Assembly (NCBI GenBank): GCA_019308925.1
Contig: JAFDHG010000014.1
Span: 1-60,854 of the forward strand
Direction: 5' to 3'
From: Deltaproteobacteria bacterium
GTDB taxonomy: Bacteria > Desulfobacterota > B13-G15 > RBG-16-54-18
DNA length: 60,854 nucleotides
Numbering within the stretch: position 1 is the stretch's first letter; every line of letters starts with the position of its first letter. Below, one piece after another: positions 30,347 through 38,492 of this stretch. Position numbers and translations under genes: made by a program. The notes below the pieces were generated by a model. It saw only the letters and a program-made list of their open reading frames with translations, did no database searches and was not told the DNA's origin.

Positions 30347-31138
30347 TCACCCTTTCCCCAGAGCCATATCCATGGCATAGAGGGCAGCGCCCAGGGCCCC
30401 CACTATCTGGGGTTCCGCGGGGATATTTATCCGCTTCCGAAAAAGGGCCTTGAGGACCTCTGCTATTCCCTGGTTCTTGGCCACACCGCCGCTGAGCGTG
30501 ATCTCCTCCTGCACCCTCAATTTCTTGGTCATCATAAAGATCCGTTGGGAGATGGCCTCATGGAGCCCCCTGATGATCTCTTCCTCTTTGTATCCATCCG
30601 CAATCAAGGAGACCACCTCTGATTCAGCGAAGACAGTACACATACTGCTGATGCGGATACCCTTTTTGGCCTGCAGAGACCTTCTGCCCATATCCATAAG
30701 CCCTGTCTCCAAGGCGGTAGCCATCACCTCCAAGAACCTCCCCGTCCCCGCGGCACACTTATCGTTCATCACAAAGTCGGTAACCCCTCCTCGTTCATTC
30801 AGGGTGATGACCTTGCTGTCCTGACCACCGATGTCGATAACGGTCCTGGTCCTTGGAAAGAGGAAGTGAGCCCCCCGGGCGTGGCAGGTGATCTCGGTCA
30901 TCTCCCTGGTCGCGAAGGGGACCCTAATTCGCCCGTATCCAGTAGCCACCACCAGGGAGATGGCCCTCTTATCCAACCCTGCCTTGGCCAAGGCCTCCTC
31001 CAAACACTTGCGGGCTGCCCTCTGGGGGTTGGCCCCGGTGTTGGTGATGGAGTAGGCCAGCAAACCCTCCTCCCCCAAGAGGACGGCCTCCGAGGAGAGA
31101 GATCCGATATCAATGCCAACATAGATCCCTTCACCCAT
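30347..31138 (-). CDS. 2-hydroxyacyl-CoA dehydratase activase (HgdC/HadI family)
   Basis: GIDIGS, TGYGR, EITCHA.GA, IDIGGQDSK, NDKCAAGTGRFLE, SSMCTVFAESE, GALGAA. Confidence 0.93.
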   Translation of the reverse strand: MGEGIYVGIDIGSLSSEAVLLGEEGLLAYSITNTGANPQRAARKCLEEALAKAGLDKRAISLVVATGYGRIRVPFATREMTEITCHARGAHFLFPRTRTVIDIGGQDSKVITLNERGGVTDFVMNDKCAAGTGRFLEVMATALETGLMDMGRRSLQAKKGIRISSMCTVFAESEVVSLIADGYKEEEIIRGLHEAISQRIFMMTKKLRVQEEITLSGGVAKNQGIAEVLKALFRKRINIPAEPQIVGALGAALYAMDMALGKG

Positions 31139-31141
31139 GAC

Positions 31142-32389
31142 CTACCCCAACATCTCCACCAGGGCCTCCAATCTGGTCCTGGTCTGCCCAGGTGAGTAAT
31201 TATCAGGATCAGCTCCATCCCCGGGAAGAATGATATAGGGAATCTCCCTTTCTTTGAGGAAGTCGCCAATGACCCCTGCCCCTCCACAGCTCTGCCGACA
31301 CCCCCAATGGGAGAAGTGGATAACGCCATCGATGCGATAGTCCTGGACCATTCTCCATATCGCCTCCATTCTCCTCTCGAGGGGACCCGCCCAGATATTG
31401 GTAAGGATTTTGTCCGCCAAACTCCCCCATGGCCGAGAAGGATCCGGGAATGGCCAGTAGAGATAATTGGGTTCTTCAAAGGAGACGGCAACCCCCCGCT
31501 CCCCCAGGATCTGGAAGATCTCGTTCTTATAATAGGGGCGGATGTGGTGCAACCAGAGGAGGCGATGTCTCTCCCTTGGAAGATATCCTCTCCCCTGGTC
31601 CACCCTCCTCTCGATAAAGTGATAGAGGGTTCGGTAAAAATCAACGCCCTTCCTTGAACCCAAGGAATAGAAGTTCATCCCGGCGAGATAGCTGAGCCCC
31701 TCGCTTCCAGGAAGGGGGGAAGGGGTGGCCCGGCGCAACTGGTTTATCCCTTCCATATACCATCGGGCCTGGTGGGAGAGGTCCAGGGCTTGGGCCAGCC
31801 GGCCTTCATCTAAGGGGACACGAAGTACCTTTGAGGCTTCCTCCAGGATATCCTTGAGCTGGGAGATCATATACCGTCGCCCAAGAACATCGCCTTTGTA
31901 AGGGGGATCTAGGAACAAGTGGGGACAACCATAGATCTGGCTGAGGTAGTGGAAGAACTTATTGGCCCCGTCACAGAGGTGGGAGGAGGAGATGATAAGA
32001 TCTGGCTGGGGGAAGTAGTCTTCCAAGACCAAGCCGAATGCACAACGGTAGAAGGAGCAAAGATCGGTGGACATATGGGTATTGGCTAGGGCAATGGGAC
32101 GGCGGCTCCACCCCAGATAGGCAACCAGGGAGGCGATGATCTCCGGCATGAAGGGCACCCCCCCCAGACCATAGGCGATCTCACTGGGGGTGAATGCGTT
32201 CATCCAGATCACCGGCCCACGGCGGGCATGGGCCTTTCGTGTTACCTCCAACAGGAAACGCACCCATATTTTGTAAGCCCCGTTCTCCTCTTTCCTGTTC
32301 AATAGCTCAAGTAGTACCCCCAAGCAGCGATAGGTCCAGGGGCGACGTACCAAACACCTCAACCCCTTTATAAAGACCTCCCTATCCAA
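31142..32389 (-). CDS. 2-hydroxyacyl-CoA dehydratase subunit (HgdA/HadB-like)
   Basis: LCSFYRC, HLCDG..K, DGVIHFSHWGCRQ, DGAD....S.GQTRTRLEA. Confidence 0.88.
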   Translation of the reverse strand: MDREVFIKGLRCLVRRPWTYRCLGVLLELLNRKEENGAYKIWVRFLLEVTRKAHARRGPVIWMNAFTPSEIAYGLGGVPFMPEIIASLVAYLGWSRRPIALANTHMSTDLCSFYRCAFGLVLEDYFPQPDLIISSSHLCDGANKFFHYLSQIYGCPHLFLDPPYKGDVLGRRYMISQLKDILEEASKVLRVPLDEGRLAQALDLSHQARWYMEGINQLRRATPSPLPGSEGLSYLAGMNFYSLGSRKGVDFYRTLYHFIERRVDQGRGYLPRERHRLLWLHHIRPYYKNEIFQILGERGVAVSFEEPNYLYWPFPDPSRPWGSLADKILTNIWAGPLERRMEAIWRMVQDYRIDGVIHFSHWGCRQSCGGAGVIGDFLKEREIPYIILPGDGADPDNYSPGQTRTRLEALVEMLG

Positions 32390-33479
32390 GATCCCTCTCC
32401 AACATCTCCAAGAAGGCCTGAACCCTTGTGCGGACCCCCCCGCTCACCCTGCCTGTATACTCCCCTTCTATAAAGAGGACGGGAATCCCTACCTCCTGCA
32501 AGGCCACCTTTAAAGCAGGGACTTCATAGAGATATGGATCGCAAAACTTAAGGGCAAAATATATCAGTGCTTGTGCCCCGGTTCTGCTTATCTCAGCCTT
32601 TATGTTTGCTATTCTGCGCTCCGTATCCCACATTCGGGCGCAGAGCGGTTTATTTAGATATGCCTTGCTTAAGGCCTCAAGGGGATCCGAAAAAGGAGGC
32701 ACCTCTTCCAAAAACCTTCCTCCAGTGCATAGATCGGAGACCACTACCTCTCCACCTAACTCCTCTACTAAGCGGATCAATGAGCTTCCTTCTAGGAGGG
32801 AGCCGGTGACCAGGAGCTTGGGGCCATTAAGGGAAGCAGGGGGGTGTGGTTCTAGCTCCTTCACTAGTCCCTGCAGGGCCTCGTTAAAGATCTTCCTGGG
32901 ATTCCTCCCCCCTTCGGTTAGGATGTCCAGGATATCACCCTCTTGTAAAGGGGGATTCCCCCTTCCTTTTAGAAAGAGAAGCCGCTGAAGCAGAGAACGG
33001 GTGAGGTTCGCCTCCTCTATGGCTTCGAACAGCCTATCTTCGGTGATTTTCACCTCGAAGTGGCATTCTATCTCCTCCTTTAACTCCTGCAATCTCATCC
33101 TGAAATAGGCCAGAGAGGAGGTCATAACCCGGGGTAAATCTAAGAGAAACAAAAAAGAGGGGGGGGAGTAGAAACGCCAGGCATCATATAGGCGGCGCAT
33201 CCCATCGCAGGTGTTAAGCAAGATGATGCCGGAAAGGAAGGGATATTCCCCCCCGATGGCCTTCCCTAAAGAGGCCCTGATAAAGGGGCAAAAATTGGGA
33301 TCTAAGTAGGAATCGGCCCTCTCTGAGCTGGGCTCCGGAATGATCCGGTAAGGCTGCAATCTCCCCGCCTCCAAGATCTCTAGGGGAAGATAGGTGCAGG
33401 TCCAACCTATAATGGGACCCTCCTGCCCCAAAGGATATCTTTCGCTCAGATCGCTCAATATCTCCTTGAAGGACACCAT
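32382..33479 (-). CDS. 2-hydroxyacyl-CoA dehydratase subunit (HgdB/HadC-like)
   Basis: CTYLPLEI, FCPF, NTCDGMRR, SDLCTG.R, KFCDP, TRVQAFLEML. Confidence 0.88.
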   Translation of the reverse strand: MVSFKEILSDLSERYPLGQEGPIIGWTCTYLPLEILEAGRLQPYRIIPEPSSERADSYLDPNFCPFIRASLGKAIGGEYPFLSGIILLNTCDGMRRLYDAWRFYSPPSFLFLLDLPRVMTSSLAYFRMRLQELKEEIECHFEVKITEDRLFEAIEEANLTRSLLQRLLFLKGRGNPPLQEGDILDILTEGGRNPRKIFNEALQGLVKELEPHPPASLNGPKLLVTGSLLEGSSLIRLVEELGGEVVVSDLCTGGRFLEEVPPFSDPLEALSKAYLNKPLCARMWDTERRIANIKAEISRTGAQALIYFALKFCDPYLYEVPALKVALQEVGIPVLFIEGEYTGRVSGGVRTRVQAFLEMLERDLG

Positions 33480-33484
33480 TTATC

Positions 33485-33720
33485 AAACCCTCATGAGAGT
33501 TTACCATCACTCCTGGCCATGAAAATACCTCGCACCGTGCTTCAGCCTCTACTTTGAGGGGACTATACCCCCTCAAGCTTCCCCGACGGGTCTATAACAT
33601 GTCTGCCATAACAAGCAGGAAGGTCATCGAGGATTCCAGGGGGCTTGCCCCCTGAAGTGAAGCTCAAAGAGACCTCCAGAGTTCACCACCACCTTAAAGT
33701 TCAATTTACCGTGAAAATAC
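33485..33720 (+). repeat. Composite intergenic repeat element, copy C
   Basis: AAACCCTCATGAGAGTTT (33485-33502), CCATGAAAATAC, TTGAGGGG-ACTATA-CCCCCTCAA, CAGGGGG-CTTG-CCCCCTGAAGTG, TTTACCGTGAA in the same order as copy B. Confidence 0.7.
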
Positions 33721-33854
33721 TTTTCAAGGCAAATAATATAGCACCTTTGTCCGCTGGTAAAAAGGGGAATTCCTGGTAAATGACAAGGGGTGAATAATAT
33801 TCTTGCGAAAACCTTCGCTTTTCGCTTAAAATGTAGAATAAAAAGGAGGCCTTT

Positions 33855-35381
33855 ATGGGAGAAAAGATCGTTATCTTTGACACCACCTTGAGGGATGGTG
33901 AACAGTCACCCGGGGCATCGATGAATCTGGAAGAGAAGCTCAGAGTGGCCAAGCAGCTGGAGAAATTAAACGTCGATGTGATCGAGGCGGGCTTTCCCAT
34001 GTCCTCTGACGGCGATTTTGAGGCCGTTGAGGCCATCGCCAAGACTATAGAAGGTTGTCAAATCGCTGCACTGGCCAGGGCGGATATCACCGATATCGAT
34101 CGGGCCTGGGAGGCAGTAAGATATGCCAAGCGCCCGAGGATCCATACCTTTATCGCCACCTCGGACATCCACTTGAAATACAAGCTCAAAAAGACCAGGG
34201 AGCAGGTGCTCCAAGACGTGGTGCGGGCCGTCTCCCACGCCAAGGGATACACGGACAATGTGGAATTTTCTGCTGAGGACGCCACCCGGAGCGATCTGGA
34301 TTACCTCTACCAAGTGATTGAGGCGGCCATCGAGGCTGGAGCTACCACGGTCAACATCCCCGACACTGTGGGTTATACCATACCCTCGGAGTTCAGCCAT
34401 ATCGTACGCACCATTAAAGAACGGGTCCCCAATATCGATAAGGCGACCATCAGCGTCCACTGTCATAACGACCTGGGGCTGGCGGTGGCCAACTCCCTGG
34501 CCGCTATAGAGAGCGGTGCCCGGCAGGCGGAGTGTACCATCAACGGGATAGGGGAAAGGGCAGGAAACGCCTCTATGGAAGAGGTTGTTATGGCCATCAA
34601 GGTTAGAAAGGACCTCTTCGACTTCTACACCGATGTAAATGCTGAACAGATATATCCCGCCAGTCGTCTCGTAGCCACCATCACAGGGATGGTGGTGCAA
34701 CCCAATAAGGCCGTTGTGGGGGCCAATGCCTTTGCCCATGAGGCTGGGATACACCAAGATGGAATCCTCAAGGAAAAGACTACCTACGAGATCATGACAC
34801 CTGAGTCGGTCGGTATCACCAAGAGTTCCTTGGTCCTCGGCAAACACTCGGGCAGACATGCCTTTCGGGAAAGGCTAAAGGAGTTCGGTTATGAGCTGAG
34901 CAGTGCGGAATTGGATATCGTCTTCCAGCGTTTCAAAAAGGTGGCCGATCAAAAAAAGGTGGTCTATGACGAAGACATCATGGCCATTGTAGAGGACGAG
35001 GTCTTCAGGGTCCCGGACAAGTACAAGTTGATCCACATCAATGTCCAGAGTGGAACGGTCACCATTCCCACGGCCAGCGTCCAGATGGAGGTGGATGGAA
35101 GGTTCATCCAGGATGCTGGGTTTGGAGATGGGCCGGTGGATGCGGCCTTGAAGACCATCCAGAAGATCACCAAATCCAAGAGCAGATTGGTGGGGTTTGC
35201 AGTGGCGGCCATCACTGGCGGGACCGATGCCCAGGGGGAGGTGACGGTCAGAATAGAGGAGGAGGGTCAAACAGCCATCGGCCAGGGGGCCAGTACTGAC
35301 ATCATCATCGCCAGTGCCAAGGCCTATATCAACGCCCTGAACAAGCTGGAATATCGGAAAAAGGGGCTGCGAGGACTTTAA
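33855..35381 (+). CDS. leuA: 2-isopropylmalate synthase
   Basis: FDTTLRDGEQSPG, HCHNDLG, GIGERAGN, LGKHSGRH, regulatory domain GDGPVDA. Confidence 0.96.
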   Translation: MGEKIVIFDTTLRDGEQSPGASMNLEEKLRVAKQLEKLNVDVIEAGFPMSSDGDFEAVEAIAKTIEGCQIAALARADITDIDRAWEAVRYAKRPRIHTFIATSDIHLKYKLKKTREQVLQDVVRAVSHAKGYTDNVEFSAEDATRSDLDYLYQVIEAAIEAGATTVNIPDTVGYTIPSEFSHIVRTIKERVPNIDKATISVHCHNDLGLAVANSLAAIESGARQAECTINGIGERAGNASMEEVVMAIKVRKDLFDFYTDVNAEQIYPASRLVATITGMVVQPNKAVVGANAFAHEAGIHQDGILKEKTTYEIMTPESVGITKSSLVLGKHSGRHAFRERLKEFGYELSSAELDIVFQRFKKVADQKKVVYDEDIMAIVEDEVFRVPDKYKLIHINVQSGTVTIPTASVQMEVDGRFIQDAGFGDGPVDAALKTIQKITKSKSRLVGFAVAAITGGTDAQGEVTVRIEEEGQTAIGQGASTDIIIASAKAYINALNKLEYRKKGLRGL

Positions 35382-35390
35382 AATTGGGGG

Positions 35391-35552
35391 ATCTTACACA
35401 AATTAGCCGATGGAATTGAAAGGATTCGAGGAGTCAACCTTCAAAGCAGGGTTCAAGGATTCAAGGATTCGAGTGGTTTCACTAGAACCCTAGAACCCTA
35501 GGCCCCTAGAATCCTTTATAAGGTTCCTGGAACCCTATAAGATGAATCCTTG
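35391..35552 (+). repeat. 8-bp-unit tandem/inverted repeat array after leuA
   Basis: GGGTTCAA GGATTCAA GGATTCGA ... TAGAACCC TAGAACCC TAGGCCCC TAGAATCC; the first ~75 bp repeat after leuC. Confidence 0.8.
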
Positions 35553-35589
35553 GCCTTTTTTGGCAACCTTTGCAGAGAAGAACTAAAAA

Positions 35590-36858
35590 ATGGGGATGAC
35601 TATCACCGAGAAGATCCTGGCGGAACATGCCGGCCTAGAAGAGGTAGCTCCAGGGGAGATCATCAACGCCAAGGTGGACGTGGCCTTGGGAAATGATATC
35701 ACCGCCCCCTTGGCCATCAAGGCCTTCAGGGAGGTGGGGGCAAAGAGGGTCTTTGACAGAGAAAAGGTGATCCTGGTGCCCGATCACTTCACCCCTAACA
35801 AGGACATCCAATCGGCGGAGCAATGCCAGCTACTACGGGAGTTCGCCCAAGAGCAGGGCCTAACCCACTATTTTGAAGTGGGGCGGATGGGGATCGAACA
35901 CGCCTTGTTACCCGAAAAGGGGTTGGTGGGGGCCGGTGATCTGGTCATAGGGGCTGACAGCCATACCTGTACCTGCGGCGCCCTCGGGGCCTTCGCTACG
36001 GGGGTGGGGAGTACCGACCTGGCCGCAGCCATGGCCACGGGGGAGATCTGGCTACGGGTCCCCGAGACTGTAAGGCTCACCTACTATGGGCGTCGGCAGT
36101 CATGGGTGGGAGGAAAGGACCTCATACTCTACACCATCGGGGATATAGGGGTGGATGGAGCTCTCTATAAGGCCATGGAGTTCACCGGGGAGGCCATCGG
36201 TGCACTGGAGATGGCCGGGAGGTTCACCATGGCCAACATGGCCATCGAGGCCGGCGCAAAAAATGGCATCTTTCCCCCCGATGAGATCACCCTGGAATAC
36301 CTCCAAGGGAGGGTCGAAAAGGGGTATAAACTTTACCACAGTGACGAAAATGCCCGATATGAAGAGGTGAGGGAATACGATGTCTCACAGATTGGACCCC
36401 AAGTGGCCTGTCCCCCATCCCCCGCCAATGTGAAGGGGGCAAGGGAATTGGTCGGGGTAGAGATAGATCAGGTGGTCATCGGCTCATGCACCAACGGGAG
36501 ACTGGAGGATCTAAGGATCGCCGCACACATCATGCGGGGGGAGAAGCTAGCCCCTTACGTCCGTCTCATCGTGATCCCCGCTACGCAAGGGATCTATCTT
36601 CAGGCCCTTCGTGAGGGGCTTTTGGAGATCTTTGTGGAGGCGGGGGGGGTGGTGAGCACCCCCACCTGCGGCCCCTGTCTCGGCGGCCACATGGGGGTTT
36701 TAGGAGCGGGGGAGGTGGCCATCGCCACCACCAACCGTAATTTCGTGGGGAGGATGGGGCACCCCACCAGCCAGGTCTATCTCTCCAACCCTGCTGTGGC
36801 TGCAGCGAGTGCGATAAAGGGGAAAATAGCCCACCCTGAAGAAGTGGTAAAGGAATGA
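35590..36858 (+). CDS. leuC: 3-isopropylmalate dehydratase large subunit (short LeuC/HacA type)
   Basis: [34 protein letters not shown]; follows leuA. Confidence 0.9.
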   Translation: MGMTITEKILAEHAGLEEVAPGEIINAKVDVALGNDITAPLAIKAFREVGAKRVFDREKVILVPDHFTPNKDIQSAEQCQLLREFAQEQGLTHYFEVGRMGIEHALLPEKGLVGAGDLVIGADSHTCTCGALGAFATGVGSTDLAAAMATGEIWLRVPETVRLTYYGRRQSWVGGKDLILYTIGDIGVDGALYKAMEFTGEAIGALEMAGRFTMANMAIEAGAKNGIFPPDEITLEYLQGRVEKGYKLYHSDENARYEEVREYDVSQIGPQVACPPSPANVKGARELVGVEIDQVVIGSCTNGRLEDLRIAAHIMRGEKLAPYVRLIVIPATQGIYLQALREGLLEIFVEAGGVVSTPTCGPCLGGHMGVLGAGEVAIATTNRNFVGRMGHPTSQVYLSNPAVAAASAIKGKIAHPEEVVKE

Positions 36859-37012
36859 GGATCTTCCCCAATTTAGTTGGTGGAATTGAAAAGATTCAAG
36901 GGGGCAACATTCAAGCAGGGTTCAAGGATTCAAAATGAAGGGTTCTAGGATTCCAGGATTCTAGGGCCCCTAGGACCCTGTATCTATTGGCTCCTAGACC
37001 CATGGAACCCTA
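36858..37012 (+). repeat. 8-bp-unit repeat array after leuC
   Basis: GGGTTCAA GGATTCAA ... GGGTTCTA GGATTCCA GGATTCTA ... TAGGACCC ... TGGAACCC. Confidence 0.8.
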
Positions 37013-37015
37013 TGA

Positions 37016-37237
37016 ATGGATACCATTGCTATCTTTATTCAGATACCACCCCGGGAGATAGCCTTCCTTACCTTCGTCCTGGAGTCTTATGAAGGGGTGG
37101 CAACGATGAGGACCGTTGACCCAGAAAAGGGAATCGTAGAACTAATGGTCCCCCCCCACCAAAAGGAGGAAATAACAGAGATCCTGCGAAGCCTCGCTGG
37201 TGAGTTCCCCATCCACTATGTGGCCCCTCCCAGCTAA
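37016..37237 (+). CDS. DUF4911-like small protein
   Basis: IAFLTFVLESYEGVATMRTVD resembles DUF4911 (recalled, not searched). Confidence 0.7.
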   Translation: MDTIAIFIQIPPREIAFLTFVLESYEGVATMRTVDPEKGIVELMVPPHQKEEITEILRSLAGEFPIHYVAPPS

Positions 37238-37398
37238 AGGCTGATCAGCTGAAACCTCTTTGCCATTTCCACCTTTACTTTGCCCTTTAATTCCGCCTCC
37301 TCTTCTTCATTCGCTGGACATATTATTACATGTAGAGTAAAAGTAAGATATAGTACATATACTCCGTCCAAAAACGCAAAGGAGCGGTTGATCTTCAC

Positions 37399-38208
37399 AT
37401 GCGGATTATTCTATCCACTGGTACCCTGCACACCTATCCCCTCGAAGAGATCTTCTTCGTCGCGAAAGAAGCTGGCTTTGATGGGCTGGAATTGGTGTTA
37501 AATAAACAAATTTGTGAAAAAAGTATCTCCTCCTCCCTCCCCAGACTCTTCCTGATGCTGCCTGTCTACTCCCTCCATGCCCCCTTTATGCGCTATAAGG
37601 GATGGGGGGGAGGGGGGAGGTCTCTCCTCAGGACCGTGGAGTTGGCCATGGAGTTTTCCATCCCCCTGGTGAACTTCCACCCCCCTTGTTGGGTCAACCT
37701 GGAGATCGGGTTCTGGCACTGGCTCAAGGGTATCAAGGACTTTCAGGAGGAGGTAGGAAGAGATAACGTCATCGTCACCATCGAAAACATGCCGCTGCTG
37801 GGGGGGGAGCTTAGGTTCAATGGCTACATCTGGGGCAGGACAAGAAACCTCCTCCAATTCATTACCGAAAGGAACCTCTATCTGACCTTCGACTGCACCC
37901 ATATGGGGACCCATAAGGCCGACTTCATCGACGACTTCTCAGCCTTTTATGCCACGGGGAGGATAAAGAACATCCACCTCAGCGACTATGGTCACGGGGG
38001 AGAACACCTCCTGCCCGGCCGGGGGGAACTCCCTCTGACCCGCTTCCTCCTTCAATTGGGTCGGTTCAATTATAAGGGGCTTCTGACCCTGGAGTCGATG
38101 CCCTCTGAGCTTCCCAAAGTGCAGGAGGATATTATCAGGACCCTGAGAGACATAGTGGAGTACTTGCGGGCGGCAATAGAGATAAAACAAGGTGTCGAAG
38201 TAACGTAG
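37399..38208 (+). CDS. Sugar phosphate isomerase/epimerase (AP endonuclease 2-type TIM barrel)
   Basis: GFDGLEL, LHAPF, TIENMP, FDCTH, IHLSD, H.LPG.G, LE metal-binding motifs. Confidence 0.85.
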   Translation: MRIILSTGTLHTYPLEEIFFVAKEAGFDGLELVLNKQICEKSISSSLPRLFLMLPVYSLHAPFMRYKGWGGGGRSLLRTVELAMEFSIPLVNFHPPCWVNLEIGFWHWLKGIKDFQEEVGRDNVIVTIENMPLLGGELRFNGYIWGRTRNLLQFITERNLYLTFDCTHMGTHKADFIDDFSAFYATGRIKNIHLSDYGHGGEHLLPGRGELPLTRFLLQLGRFNYKGLLTLESMPSELPKVQEDIIRTLRDIVEYLRAAIEIKQGVEVT

Positions 38209-38214
38209 ACCAAC

Positions 38215-38229
38215 TGACAAAAATTGTCA
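38215..38229. promoter_or_regulatory. Palindrome TGACA-N5-TGTCA, candidate sigma54 activator binding site
   Basis: TGACAAAAATTGTCA about 75-90 bp upstream of a sigma54 -24/-12 element. Confidence 0.55.
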
Positions 38230-38301
38230 CATATACCAAAGGATAAACCCCTTAAAAGGCTACGAGCAAGAAATTACAGGGATTTCTAAAAACCCTTATC
38301 A

Positions 38302-38317
38302 TGGCACAAATTTTGCT
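38302..38317 (+). promoter_or_regulatory. Sigma54 (-24/-12) promoter upstream of the pil cluster
   Basis: TGGCAC-AAATT-TTGCT with exact consensus spacing (GG 38303-04, GC 38315-16). Confidence 0.75.
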
Positions 38318-38420
38318 GAATATAAATCGACATCCCACAGTCTACATCACAGCAAGAAGAAGGAACTGTAAGGAGCCAAAACGGAAATAGAATAGAACAA
38401 ACTCAAATTGCAAAGAAATA

Positions 38421-38449
38421 TTGACATAAAAGGCAAAGAATGATAAAAA
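38421..38449 (+). promoter_or_regulatory. Possible sigma70 promoter upstream of pilB
   Basis: TTGACA-17 bp-TAAAAA with TG upstream of the -10. Confidence 0.4.
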
Positions 38450-38492
38450 GAAATTCTCCCAAGCAACCCTCTATAGAGAAAGGGGTAAAACT

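Noticed and set aside
35449-35552. 8-bp arrays as CRISPR repeats
   Set aside because: The units are 8 bp, contiguous, and have no unique spacers.
35561-35574. TGGCAACCTTTGCA as a sigma54 promoter for leuC
   Set aside because: GG-to-GC spacing is 2 bp too short for -24/-12.
37231-37398. Short minus-strand frame ending PANEEEAELKGKVKVEMAKRFQLISL
   Set aside because: No clear RBS or recognisable family, and it overlaps the probable promoter region of the next gene.
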